From the IMG/VR virus record IMGVR_UViG_3300017903_001594, positions 1-55,705 of that record: DNA of 55,705 nt. One strand, given 5' to 3'. The position numbers and the translations under genes were made by a program. The stretch comes from a virus. Lineage: Duplodnaviria; Caudoviricetes. Below the pieces are notes generated by a model. It worked only from the letters and a program-made list of their open reading frames with translations. It did not search any database and was not told the DNA's origin. Positions 11,601 through 20,858 of this stretch are shown here, piece after piece (the stretch's first letter is position 1; every line of letters starts with the position of its first letter).

Positions 11601-14600
11601 ATTTGATGTAATCTCCATCAGCAAAATTGTGACCAGTAATGGTGATTGTCATGTCACCAGAACCAGCAGCATAAGTGGCATCTTCTACTGTATGGGAAGT
11701 AGATCCAACAGATACAATTTCAATAGACTTACCAGCAAAAGGATCAATACCAGGACGTGGATACGTCTTGGGTGTCTGATAATTATCTCCATTGTAATCA
11801 CAAACAAATGTGAAGGAATTGTCTTCTAGTACAACACTACGACCAACGCCAAGACCATGCTGTCCAACATTGACAGTCATCAATCCTGTTGTTGAGTTAT
11901 ATGTAGTTCCTGTTGTTGGAGTGAAGTATTGATTTTGTTTTGAAACTCCAGCATTGACGGTAATCGTATCACTAGTAATCTTAGTGATCTTCATGGAACG
12001 TCCAGCATATGGATCGATTCCAGGACGTGGATATGTCTTCTGTGACTGGTTATTATCCATGTCACAAGTAAATGTCAATGAGTTGTCAGCAATTACAATA
12101 CCCTCACCAACATCAAGACTGTGAGTACCAATCTTCAGTTTCAAATCTCCAGTTGCTGGATCATACGTTGTTCCAGACTGTGGTGTGAAGTTAATGTCGG
12201 GACCAGAAGCACCAACATTCATCGTAATAGTAGTAGCAGTCGTTCCCGTTACATCAAGAGATGTGCCATATGCTAGTTGACCAACTTCTGGTAAAGCATG
12301 TTCCGTCTTATTGCCATCCATGGCACACGTGAAGACGAAAGACTCTGGTGACAGTCTTATGGTGTCGGAAGTGGTAACGCCGTGTCCAGATGGAACTGTA
12401 ATGGTGAAGTCGCCATTAGAGGGGTTGTATGTGGCGTCAGTGGGAGTAAATTGTCCAATAGGAGCTCCTGCTCCTGTATCAATTAGAATGCTCCAATCTT
12501 CAAACTGTGGGATAACAGATGAAGTCGTTAAGAAATCGTGGATAAGAATTGTTCCGTCAGTAAGAGATTCTTTATAAAGATGATTGACACCAGCAGCTGA
12601 TCCAGCGTCACCAACGTTACATTGAAGAGTTACTGTTCCAGATCCATTAACTACACTCGTAATTAAGAAACTATCGCCGTAATTAGAATCGTATCTGCTT
12701 GGACTTGGATGATCTTGTAGACCACCACCCATGTCACAACGGAAAGTAATTGCATTTTCTTTAAAAGCAATTCTATCTTGATTTGGTACAAGAGTTGTAG
12801 TGGGAGTTGGAATTGTTAGTTCTAGAAGACCTGTTGATGAATTGTAACTAGCATTTGTTGGAGTAGTCGTGACAGTATTACCAGTCTGAGACCAGTTACG
12901 CATTGCTGCTATAGTATAGAACTGTGCTCTTTCAAAAGCATATAGAGTTTGTACTCTCTGTGCTTCTGGAATACCAGTTAGAGATGCTCCAGAGAAATAG
13001 AATTCTGCTGCTGTTACAATACCAGCGTTGCCACCTAGAGCAAGGTCTCTAATCAAACCACTGAGGGCGTGGTTGATGTCTCTACGGCACTTTCTTTCAT
13101 TGACATCACTAAGAGCCATAGCAGGATATTGGACCTTAGTATCTTGATATGCTTCTTCAGCAATGACGTGTCTGTTTCTAGCAACTAGGTAAGCAGCGTC
13201 AAGATATGTACCGCTAGTATTATTAGCAAGAACGTCAACAAACAGATATGCTAGGGTATTGAAAGCATTGACAACGTTAGCACAAGCAGGCGATGATAAG
13301 TCGTCAATAACTGTTGGATCAATATATTTTTGGAGAGAAGTATATTCTAAAGTATACTCTGGATTGCCAATTGTTCCATCTCCAATACGCCACTTTCTAA
13401 TGGCATAAGTTGCTAATTCTCTGGCATACTCTAGAGCACGAACAGTTTGAATAATTTCATTATCAACAAACGTAATAGAAGTTCCAGTAGCATTAAGATA
13501 CTTTTTAGCAGCATCGATTGTATTGAAGTTAGATCCAAACTCAAGGTCACGGATCATGGCGTTGAGGAAGTGTCCTACATCCCTACGACACTTGTAATCT
13601 CCAACTGGAATACTAAAACTTGGATATTCTTTCTCGATTACTTCTCCATTATTAGTACACTGTAAAGTGATATCATTCAAAGCTACTAAATCATCTTCAT
13701 TAATAACTCCAGACCAATTACCACTAGTTGTTACTGTAGCAACGCCAGTTACAATATTGTCATAAACAAATCCAGAAACTGGATATGTAACTCCACTATG
13801 TGTAATAGTGCCACCTCTTACATATGTGTGGGCATCTGCTGTAGTTCCGACATAGATGTCAAAAGTGTTTCCAGTGACATTATATACAGACCAATATTCT
13901 TTCTTAAATTCTTCGTTAATTCTTCCGACAACTTCGTCAGCAATAACATCAATATTGTTTCTTAGTAGCAAGCAAGCATCCTGGAATCTTCTTTCTACTG
14001 GTTCTGAAAGACCGAACTTGTTTGGAGAGTTTGTAAGTGTTAAAGTTACACTATGAGAGGCAGAACGTACAGTAGCACCACTGATCTCGATATCATTATC
14101 GGTTATTGATGGAAGTTTCTTTGGAATGACAAATCTTCTGGAGCGACCATCAGCATCCTCAAGAACTTTGTAAATTCTTTGTCTACCATTCAATACTGTG
14201 AGGTCGTTTGGAGAGGATGGCATACCTTCAATGAAGATTTCCTGTCCTTCCTTAAAGTCGTGGATATTAGAAGCAAGAAGAAGACTGTTAGTATACAGTA
14301 CGATACCACCCAGATCTTCAGATGATCCAAACTGTTCGCTTTGGAATCCATCATTGAATGTTCCTTGGAATCCAGCATCAACTCTAATAATTGGAAGAGT
14401 GGTAGTAGTATCAAAATCGGAAAATACTACCTCACCTTCTGCTCTAATCGATACAATATTTTCTGATAGGAATGTGAAAGCATCACGTAACCAAGTAAAT
14501 TCTACGTTACCTACGTATTCTGGTGGATCCCCGTCTCCGTGTACGGGGAATACTGAATTAGAAGATCTAGCATCTCCCTGTACATTAGTAACCTCATATA

Positions 14601-16203
14601 CATTCTGGTTGAACCAAACTTTCTGACCAACAGAATATACAGTGTTTAAATTGTATGTAATAGTATCTGTTCCACCATATCTAAAAATTTCGCCTGATGT
14701 AAATGCTCCACTTGTAGCATCATACTCGGCAGTACCAGAAGAGTCTTGAGTTTCTTGACCTTCGGCTACATCAAAAGTAACACTAGTAATAACACCTAAA
14801 GCAGTAGAGTTAACACCTCTAATGCCAACGCCAGGACCAAGTAGTGACAAACCACCATTTTGACTAAAAGTCAGACGAAATTTATCTTCACCTACAATTC
14901 TAGTACCAATTTCAAATTCTGTACCAAAATCTCCATTGGTGGTATCATCAAAGATAATTCTCTGCTTATCGTCAAATACCATGGCAAATTTCCAGGTTCC
15001 TTCTGGATTGCCATTAACGTCTAACTTATCTCTATATGTTACGCCAATAACATAGTTCTTGTCACCAAATTTGAAGATGTCTTTACCAGGGTTGTTAGGT
15101 CTGATAATTACAAGACGTAAGTTGTCACCAACAACAGAGCAATCGGGTGGTAGGGAAATTGGGTTGTCTTCCTTATATTCTCCACCAGAAACGATAAGGG
15201 ATTCTTTGACGCCAGGAGTTGCCCAAGCGAGTTGTGCTGCTCTCTTAATTGTTCTTACAGGTTGAGCAGCAGATCTACCATCATTCAAGTCATTACCAAT
15301 TTGCTCAGATACGTAGATACGACCACCAACGTCATTCGTTGCTAGGTTTAGAACATATTCAGTAGTAGCAATCTTATCGGATCTATCTCCTAAACTAGGC
15401 GTGATAGATCTAGGAAATAGACCAGACGCTGGTAGTTCTTGATAGAAGGCTTTTTGAGGATCATTAACTCTAAAACCAACATGCTTAAACTGAGCCTGAC
15501 CATTAGCTTCAGTTCCATCAGCGTGTGTTGGTGGAATATTTCCAGTTAGTCCACCTTCTGTTACTAAGTAAATATTTCCACCATACCATCTAAATTCACC
15601 AGTTTCTAGAACGACGTTAGCATTCCATTGAGCTCCACCACCATTCAAATAATTTTTCAGGAATGGTGCTCTAAACTTAGTATTGGCTGTAGCAAAGTTC
15701 TCGATATCTAGATTGAGAATCGTTGCTGTGTCGGAAATAATAGATGTAGAAGTTCTGATAGCACCATTGATATCGAGCTCGTAGTCAATACTATCAATAG
15801 TTGCTGCTAGGGAGGCACCTGCTCCACCACCACCTGATACAGATACTCCTGGAGAGAATGTATATCCCTCGCCAGGTTCGGTTACATTGACATTAGTAAT
15901 GATACCATCTTGAATGGTAGCTTCTGCTTCAGCCTGTACTCCACCAGTTTGATCTGGAGCATCAATCTCGATGATTGGTTCTGTAGTAAATCCAAAACCA
16001 GGAGAGTTGATGATAATTTTATCAACCTTTCTACCAGTCCTATTAACACCTATACGAGTTTGTCCGCCTTCGTTTACTAGTGCTCTAAAAATTTCTCTTT
16101 CGAGAGCACCATCACCAGATTTTATAATGAACTGATCAGATCCAATTATTGTTGGACTTAGACCTTTAATAGTCTCTCTATCAGAATTAAACTGGAAGCT
16201 CAT
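5671..16203 (-). CDS. Giant virion structural protein / tail-fibre-like protein (3510 aa)
   Basis: Gly-rich beta repeats (GxGY..P), beta-helix-like IYVS..GND.NDG start, CRRD helical repeats, LDADTLDG fibre motifs, C-terminal GPIVINNNVTVTISDGAEWII motif. Confidence 0.85.
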   Translation of the reverse strand: MSFQFNSDRETIKGLSPTIIGSDQFIIKSGDGALEREIFRALVNEGGQTRIGVNRTGRKVDKIIINSPGFGFTTEPIIEIDAPDQTGGVQAEAEATIQDGIITNVNVTEPGEGYTFSPGVSVSGGGGAGASLAATIDSIDYELDINGAIRTSTSIISDTATILNLDIENFATANTKFRAPFLKNYLNGGGAQWNANVVLETGEFRWYGGNIYLVTEGGLTGNIPPTHADGTEANGQAQFKHVGFRVNDPQKAFYQELPASGLFPRSITPSLGDRSDKIATTEYVLNLATNDVGGRIYVSEQIGNDLNDGRSAAQPVRTIKRAAQLAWATPGVKESLIVSGGEYKEDNPISLPPDCSVVGDNLRLVIIRPNNPGKDIFKFGDKNYVIGVTYRDKLDVNGNPEGTWKFAMVFDDKQRIIFDDTTNGDFGTEFEIGTRIVGEDKFRLTFSQNGGLSLLGPGVGIRGVNSTALGVITSVTFDVAEGQETQDSSGTAEYDATSGAFTSGEIFRYGGTDTITYNLNTVYSVGQKVWFNQNVYEVTNVQGDARSSNSVFPVHGDGDPPEYVGNVEFTWLRDAFTFLSENIVSIRAEGEVVFSDFDTTTTLPIIRVDAGFQGTFNDGFQSEQFGSSEDLGGIVLYTNSLLLASNIHDFKEGQEIFIEGMPSSPNDLTVLNGRQRIYKVLEDADGRSRRFVIPKKLPSITDNDIEISGATVRSASHSVTLTLTNSPNKFGLSEPVERRFQDACLLLRNNIDVIADEVVGRINEEFKKEYWSVYNVTGNTFDIYVGTTADAHTYVRGGTITHSGVTYPVSGFVYDNIVTGVATVTTSGNWSGVINEDDLVALNDITLQCTNNGEVIEKEYPSFSIPVGDYKCRRDVGHFLNAMIRDLEFGSNFNTIDAAKKYLNATGTSITFVDNEIIQTVRALEYARELATYAIRKWRIGDGTIGNPEYTLEYTSLQKYIDPTVIDDLSSPACANVVNAFNTLAYLFVDVLANNTSGTYLDAAYLVARNRHVIAEEAYQDTKVQYPAMALSDVNERKCRRDINHALSGLIRDLALGGNAGIVTAAEFYFSGASLTGIPEAQRVQTLYAFERAQFYTIAAMRNWSQTGNTVTTTPTNASYNSSTGLLELTIPTPTTTLVPNQDRIAFKENAITFRCDMGGGLQDHPSPSRYDSNYGDSFLITSVVNGSGTVTLQCNVGDAGSAAGVNHLYKESLTDGTILIHDFLTTSSVIPQFEDWSILIDTGAGAPIGQFTPTDATYNPSNGDFTITVPSGHGVTTSDTIRLSPESFVFTCAMDGNKTEHALPEVGQLAYGTSLDVTGTTATTITMNVGASGPDINFTPQSGTTYDPATGDLKLKIGTHSLDVGEGIVIADNSLTFTCDMDNNQSQKTYPRPGIDPYAGRSMKITKITSDTITVNAGVSKQNQYFTPTTGTTYNSTTGLMTVNVGQHGLGVGRSVVLEDNSFTFVCDYNGDNYQTPKTYPRPGIDPFAGKSIEIVSVGSTSHTVEDATYAAGSGDMTITITGHNFADGDYIKFDDESLDFTCVLDGNTVTKSYPRPGYDYPSGRWLQISNVTADTFDINIGPSSYTGAHTFVAADANGLERQDGTFTIDVGPTVDQSDHVFVSATLNAIKHEPQSTHTFIPDQPVAVNAISHLPQSQHTFVRAETNAAVAYPDGVAPLCANVETAIITEFSIFTNILSGSVLPGDTTKTTGDLFETDSIITYPSSFIYDENNTRIAIRGRFDDYPIIEASPYTQNASVISFLGGGGAEVDGSKVKQPNCPFPGLQPDGTATFPNQGKSMVASAFTIVSFGGTGYKIINDGYVQLVSVFVIFCADGVLAETGGYCSITNSATNFGTFALRATGFRDEAYEFDVGTISEAGQTISGKTTFAIQNLGRKPLEHYIVKIDGYRNYNESVEYFIDVVEGSAGEPTITLESGLGLAGEWVSLTDPDPQNPTIVTGSQLVNETIRLHRPSIVNSSSHTWEYAGSGTTYLALPENGGVKVEAFEQVPQNYGRVYVSGTDELGDFKVGTFAKIENRTGAITFTGTVSISEVEFLKLKGGDVVVTGFSSDNTLGGTQSSDSLISTQKAVRDYIINNLGPYINKPYSTNPVPRALVELTDSGKINADQLPPIRPFSVFTVTNDQERLRLEGALAGDIAIQDNSDTTGATESYILNNDNSSLFLAYPVTTGSDGSINYQFSVNNIYTGSGTGGKIQATESRIGVVYQINITDGGEGYTEPPAINFVGGNQQIGAVNAKAFSTIAGGKVVTIVLEFDNGYVGGKGYTTAPTVVIDAPPVGTTATAEALIESRLYGDIVNNIKINDSDTIETDNATPVTVSLTRVVNTSGTSADNWVSLSSNVIDAGDIQSGVISTARLASNDSAANSFTFLRGDQSYAPVVQSLKGPENRYFLKTLTGTGSGSSQIQVPFSDNIIKGHGVSGPGIANDTIIQSFIVSLDGQTITITLDTPTDDSTPQDSVINFTRNNSPIQLDSNYSLGNFIDSVVIADGGSNCTIDGTQTSGTARDVSLSGGTGTGLKVNISIVDGVVTNVVVVDGGQQYSQDFTVDVFPPELGGGSGLVLEAKRSTTNKMYANTSIDIARVTDAGQDDYGTLGIARFKRDQFNIGTAGDGSISLKTGENSNLDADTLDGFEGSYYTNASNIGSGSLNKARLTGSYDISITQQSANTRRLYWQNGNDQLDDSTVITSVNEGVVVVPKNNGINGLDDTPDPQNPQPYLLMSIRASESAGGVRQLAFTDGPGDDSGGGFWFRGTNSSLTTFKNWHKVWTSGSDGAGSGLDADRIDSRQGSWLQNSQNQISGYLRDSRIAKHQTRKAFKDKISLYEYTNQSFEFFCDTLDLALVAKLSASPFTTGSTINLYTTSSGTGGNVASVVLEEAVVYSSGDDQSEWYYRASGYIVTGSIVVDNDELRQDIISMGGSDSSGANQRCVVTDYHWSNFASGSDEIPSQSYSAVEIAQSSGTATVRLGRNEGNVQTTPSINFHPSGSADWQAQIIAEIGTTGTQVNAQQTGKLTFNVLDGNSLFLNGSNRIWNEVILEPTVGTGTTAELAGASTYTGTDSADFVESTPEENVTKYNIVMRDKNGDFYGNKIYAASFEGTATGNLGSDGGTIQGSLVIGDSGDTAAPWGITVEAGPLGVTGATTITGDLKVLSDSSANILFVDKAQAKVGIGQEPGANDGKLAIYGGLRNDLTLQVSDNELDQGIAFQNAGDAYTWNIFREDAGNNTADLIIAGNNTGPEATITSLNEYLRFEAGGNLKVAQKIGIQRDAAEVLDVAGNIRVDKVIVKDDGSNPGAIVELIASGADDGGARNFRINAAVDDILRIEGSDDDNGTAFTGDAAITVNANNNRVGINQDPPTGEYALEVNGNLNINSGQFTIDGNTFSGSNWTNSGTSDIERTAGLVSIGASVTTGAKLQITGSATVAALNLKSGTLQVKGNDQWYGDDGIIKALYQNITANTTIPANAVGYSTGPIVINNNVTVTISDGAEWIIA
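11190..12880 (-). repeat. Five intragenic ~90-aa beta-domain repeats (T.AT.Y...TG...FTC..D....K.YPRPG)
   Basis: Visible in translation; DNA ccaggacgtgg recurs near 11528, 11750 and 12020. Confidence 0.85.
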
Positions 16204-16234
16204 CTCGTGTTCCGTACATCTTATTTCCTCAAAG

Positions 16235-16241
16235 TATTTAT
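16235..16241 (-). promoter_or_regulatory. T4-type late promoter motif (ATAAATA)
   Basis: Intergenic, 31 nt upstream of the 3510-aa gene start. Confidence 0.6.
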
Positions 16242-16262
16242 GAGGTTATAAACTCCGTTATA

Positions 16263-16772
16263 TCAAAGATTAGCACTAACAACTGTAACCAATCCATACC
16301 ATTTAACATTAGATGCTCCAGCAACAGTTGTGGAATAAGACCAAGCATTGGCGTTGCCGCCATCAAATGGTGTTACAGTCCAACTCTCAAAAGAAGGAAT
16401 AGTATCTTTAATGATAGTCTCGAAAGATGAAATGTGAGTGACAGCACCATTACTAGCACATTCAACAGAACTTTCTAATTTTATTACAAGATGATTTCCA
16501 TTTCCCGATTGAGAAATTCCAACTAGATTTAATGTAATAAAACTAATGGAACTATTAGGAAGTTGAATTCTATTGGGACTGAACGATTGACCCAATGTCA
16601 GGAAATCTGTATTAAGACCTTCTACAATATACTCAGTTTTATTGGCACCTGGAAGATCAGAATCTTTTACTCTTGCTGATCTTACGTCAGTTAAATTTCT
16701 TTTTTCATCTACAATAGATGTTTGGTCAACGGAGAACCCGCCAACCGAGTCAAATTCTTTTAAGTCGGGCAT
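16263..16772 (-). CDS. Putative virion structural protein
   Basis: 169 aa, beta-rich; GGAG RBS; between two giant structural genes. Confidence 0.7.
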   Translation of the reverse strand: MPDLKEFDSVGGFSVDQTSIVDEKRNLTDVRSARVKDSDLPGANKTEYIVEGLNTDFLTLGQSFSPNRIQLPNSSISFITLNLVGISQSGNGNHLVIKLESSVECASNGAVTHISSFETIIKDTIPSFESWTVTPFDGGNANAWSYSTTVAGASNVKWYGLVTVVSANL

Positions 16773-16784
16773 TTTAACTCCTTA

Positions 16785-19700
16785 TTATAGTTGGGCTAGA
16801 TTTTTAATTTGTCGCTTGATAATAACAACTCTCACGATGTCGCCATTAGTGAGACCATTATCTAGTTCTCCTGTGACTCTAATATTGCCAGCAGTTTGTC
16901 CACCGCTATTAGGATTCTCATATTGGAATCCAATATTTTGTAGTAGATTAGCACCAGTTTGTAAAGTGCTAATTTCATTATATATGATATCAGTTCTGTT
17001 ATCAGTAACTACAAACTGGATATAATCTTTTTCGTAAGTGGTTGTACTGCCATTTAATCTATTAGCAAATGCTTGAATCTCAATAATACAACTATCAACA
17101 GTCTGATTATCGTATGCCGTGACTGTAAATGTATTTGTTGCTCCCTTCGTCAGTTCTACTCTACTAGTCGAGAAAGAATAATCTCTTTGATTCAGTTGTG
17201 TACCCTGAATATCTGTTAAAGTTGCCCATAGAGGTTGGGCAATTCCAGACAAAGCAAGAGCATTAGATTGAAACTCACCCGAAGAATTGATACGGAACAT
17301 TGGATAGTTGGTGAGACCACCAGAAACACCCAACTCTAGAGCACCCTTTGTAGTAGAGATGTGAGCTCGATCTTGGAACAATCCATCATCAGCATGATTG
17401 ATAGATGTTTCTAAACTAGGACCAAAGTTTGTGGCAACAACAGAAACATTCAAATTGTTTGTAGTATCAGACGTAATAGTATCTACCTGATTAAATTCAA
17501 ACGCCGTAAGAGTAATTCTTAGGGTATTACTATCTTGATTAAAGAAGTATAAAGTATCTTCATCACTGCCAGATGATACTTCTGGTTTGATATATGTATC
17601 TCCATCAACGTCTCTAACACCGCCAAGGGAAGACCAACTATTTCCGTTATATCCCTCGAACTGAGTGATAGACGAATTGTATCTAATAGATCCTCTCTCA
17701 GCAATACCTCTTTCTCCTTCAGTACCAGACGGAATTACAAGAGATGTTAAGGCATCAATTTTAACTTTCTTGTCTGCTGCTGGTTTGATATTAATATCAG
17801 AAGCTAGAGACTCAATAATATTATTTTGAAGTTTTAATTCTTCTGAAATAATGAGTGGTACATTGCCAGTAGGACCAATCTTGAGAGCAGTGGTTTCTGT
17901 AATGATTAAATCTCTAACGGCAATACTGTTCCATCTAAATGTTGCTGTGCCATGTGTGAAATCATTACCACTTAAATCAGCAGGAGGAGTCGATAGAGAT
18001 CCAGTTACTCCTTCACTTATTACTAAGAATAGATTGTTCTCGTACTTGACGTATTCATTCGTATTTACGAAAGTATTGGGACTCCATTCTATAAAATCTG
18101 GTGTGTTTGGATCGACAGCACGAATTTTGCCACATTCTCTAAATTCCATGAAGTTTTCAGACAACTTCAAAGTGTTCTTTCCATCATTGTAGAACCAAAG
18201 AATGTTATCGTTAGCGCCAGTCGTCTCCTCGGCAATAATTTCTGTATTGCCATCAATATCTCTAACACCACCCAAAGAAGACCACTGTGGATTTCCCAAA
18301 CCATCTAATCCTAGATATCCTTCATAAGAAGAAGTTTCTGTATTGAATCTGATACTTCCCAACTCAGCATATACAGTTGGTCTAGAAGAACTGTCTCCTG
18401 TGGGCAGAGTTAAAGCACCACCCAAATGTTTAATAGTTCTGTCAGCAGGTACTTCAATAGTTATATCATTGCCAGCAGTAGCGTATAGTTTCTGGTTGTC
18501 CAAGAACATACCAGAATCTACTTGAATTTGCTGAGCAGCAAAATTGGCAGTAGATAGTGTAGTGGTGCTCTCTACATATGTTGTAGAACTGCCGATATTG
18601 ATGTCGGCATTGATAACAAATGATGGAGAAGTTAAAGTAACAGAGGTTGGGTGTGTAATATTTTGAAGAGCACCTGTGGTGTAAGTGGCGGTAGTGCCAG
18701 ATACTGTATCAAATACACCATTAGTTATATTAGCATCTGTTGCTTGTAAATCTGAAATACTAGTAGTTCCAGAGAATACATCACTCTGTAGGAGAGAGAT
18801 ATTATCGACAGCACCAACATTGATCTGTAGACCTGAACCAAAAGTTTTTGGATTTGTGTGATCTACTGTAACTGTTGCTGGACTGCCATCAGTTTTTGTG
18901 CCATACCCAGAAGCATCTGGGAAGAACATATATAAAACTTGTCCATCTGGAGTGGTTGAACCATCAAAATTAATGTCTAAAGTATTACCAGCATCATTTA
19001 ATTCTGTAGACTCGAAAGCAACTCCAGCAAAATAAAGTTCTGCTACACCATCACGAACTACAGGATCTTTAATAGTAATCTGAGTACCACTATCAACAGA
19101 AAGAACACATGTATAAGGAACCAATTCTCCAGTGCCATTATTGATACTGATATCCATATCAACAACAATACCAGTGGTATCTGCCATTGTGATGGTAGTT
19201 GAACCAGCTACAATTGTGACCGCCGTTTTGGTGACATTTGTATGTATACCATCAACAACTTTAGACAGTGCAAAGGCACCTACATTACCATAGTCAAATC
19301 TATATTTACTTCCAGCATAGAATGTTAAATCTTCTGGTAAAGCACCATTGACGGTAAATCTTTCAAATGATGGTTGGTCGGCGGTAGACGTTGTGAGAGA
19401 AGCACCAGTTTCTAGAAGGTTACATCCTTGTTCAGTACCGAACTGAACATTAGATCCCAAATCTACAATAAGAGACGTGCTACTGACGATATGATAAATC
19501 CTCATCGGTGTTCCTAATCCACCGCCAAATTCAATACTCTGTCCGACTATAGCATTGTGTGAACTAGTAAAAGTAAGTTGCTGAAATATACTAGATCCGA
19601 CAGTATATAATTCAAATGATGATAAATCTTGAGATTCAGCACTGAGAGTATCTAATGGTTCATACGCTGCTCCACCATTTACGATATCTACAGAACTTAC

Positions 19701-20858
19701 AGCACCAATGTCATCAATTGTGAAATCTCCAGTTCCAGAACCATATAGTTGTTGTATAGTAACACTACCAGTTCCATTGGTACTAGGAGCTTGACTGATA
19801 GTAATTACATTGGGCGTTAAAGTTAAATCTACAGAGTCTACTGTAGTATCGGCGGGAATGCCAGATCCTGTAATTGTTGAACCAACAAGAATACCTCTAG
19901 CATCACCTGATGTTACTAACAACGTCTGTGTAGCAGTGCTCCTATTTACTGTTAAAGTTATACTGCCACTGGGAGATAGAACATCACCTACTTGATATCC
20001 TGTTCCTCCATCTGTAATTACAAAGCTATTAAGAATTCCTGGAGTGTTGCCGACAACAAATCGAAATTCTGTTGTTGGGGTTCCAATATTAGTATAAACA
20101 GCACCACCAGCAGCGGCACCGCCATTTGGATTTACACCTAGAACATCTCCTAGTTGATATCCAGAACCACCAGAGAGAAAAGTGACGTTAACAACTTCTC
20201 CATTAACAATCTCAAAATAAGCATCGGCACCAGCACCAGAACCAGAAATTGTAGTAAGAGGGGCATATGCTGCTGGGTAGTCAGTGTATCCAGCTCCAGG
20301 ATCTGTAATCGTACCGTCTAGTGTAGCAACACTAAAATCGGCAATTGCTCCTGATCCAGTGGCACTTCCAACTAAAAGTACGCCAGTAAAATCACCCGCT
20401 GTATATCCACTACCAGGATCAAGGGTTCCTTGTAAATGATCTACGGTAATGTTTGCTGTAGCAGCAGTTCCCAATCCCCCAGTTAAGGCAACTTCACTAT
20501 ATGTACCACCATCGTATCCACTGCCATCATTTGTGATATTGAGACCACTAGTAATTAGAGCTTTTCTGATTGCTTTTGTGGTTTTGAAAAAAGAAATGTT
20601 ATCTGAGAAAAAAGCAGTATCACCGCCCGATGATGTGATACCTAATACATTAGATTCTGGTTTGTATATCCCCAAAGACGCTTGACTACTAAAAGCAAGA
20701 GATGGGGCGGGTCGAGTTCCATCGCCAAGCTTCAACTCACCTGCTGCCAGGTCACTATCACCAGCGGTGGTGCTAAATAAATCTTGACCAATTAAGTTGA
20801 TAATCTGCCTTTGCTTTTCCAGCGTATCAGATTTAGCAACGGATCTAAGAACTGCCAT
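16785..20858 (-). CDS. Virion structural protein, baseplate-associated / fibre-like (1357 aa)
   Basis: N-terminal DTLEKQRQIIN, GxGY repeats, two GSIR(F/Y)N...EGY...WSSLGGVRD.DG.T.I repeats. Confidence 0.8.
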   Translation of the reverse strand: MAVLRSVAKSDTLEKQRQIINLIGQDLFSTTAGDSDLAAGELKLGDGTRPAPSLAFSSQASLGIYKPESNVLGITSSGGDTAFFSDNISFFKTTKAIRKALITSGLNITNDGSGYDGGTYSEVALTGGLGTAATANITVDHLQGTLDPGSGYTAGDFTGVLLVGSATGSGAIADFSVATLDGTITDPGAGYTDYPAAYAPLTTISGSGAGADAYFEIVNGEVVNVTFLSGGSGYQLGDVLGVNPNGGAAAGGAVYTNIGTPTTEFRFVVGNTPGILNSFVITDGGTGYQVGDVLSPSGSITLTVNRSTATQTLLVTSGDARGILVGSTITGSGIPADTTVDSVDLTLTPNVITISQAPSTNGTGSVTIQQLYGSGTGDFTIDDIGAVSSVDIVNGGAAYEPLDTLSAESQDLSSFELYTVGSSIFQQLTFTSSHNAIVGQSIEFGGGLGTPMRIYHIVSSTSLIVDLGSNVQFGTEQGCNLLETGASLTTSTADQPSFERFTVNGALPEDLTFYAGSKYRFDYGNVGAFALSKVVDGIHTNVTKTAVTIVAGSTTITMADTTGIVVDMDISINNGTGELVPYTCVLSVDSGTQITIKDPVVRDGVAELYFAGVAFESTELNDAGNTLDINFDGSTTPDGQVLYMFFPDASGYGTKTDGSPATVTVDHTNPKTFGSGLQINVGAVDNISLLQSDVFSGTTSISDLQATDANITNGVFDTVSGTTATYTTGALQNITHPTSVTLTSPSFVINADINIGSSTTYVESTTTLSTANFAAQQIQVDSGMFLDNQKLYATAGNDITIEVPADRTIKHLGGALTLPTGDSSSRPTVYAELGSIRFNTETSSYEGYLGLDGLGNPQWSSLGGVRDIDGNTEIIAEETTGANDNILWFYNDGKNTLKLSENFMEFRECGKIRAVDPNTPDFIEWSPNTFVNTNEYVKYENNLFLVISEGVTGSLSTPPADLSGNDFTHGTATFRWNSIAVRDLIITETTALKIGPTGNVPLIISEELKLQNNIIESLASDINIKPAADKKVKIDALTSLVIPSGTEGERGIAERGSIRYNSSITQFEGYNGNSWSSLGGVRDVDGDTYIKPEVSSGSDEDTLYFFNQDSNTLRITLTAFEFNQVDTITSDTTNNLNVSVVATNFGPSLETSINHADDGLFQDRAHISTTKGALELGVSGGLTNYPMFRINSSGEFQSNALALSGIAQPLWATLTDIQGTQLNQRDYSFSTSRVELTKGATNTFTVTAYDNQTVDSCIIEIQAFANRLNGSTTTYEKDYIQFVVTDNRTDIIYNEISTLQTGANLLQNIGFQYENPNSGGQTAGNIRVTGELDNGLTNGDIVRVVIIKRQIKNLAQL

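Noticed and set aside
4421-16203. Diversity-generating retroelement or invertible fibre cassette
   Set aside because: No reverse transcriptase or invertase, and I found no near-identical template/variable repeat pair; a self dot-plot would be the decisive test
16221-16251. Weak hairpin around the late promoter of the 3510-aa gene
   Set aside because: Only a 5-bp core (CCTCA/TGAGG) and it does not cover the initiation region
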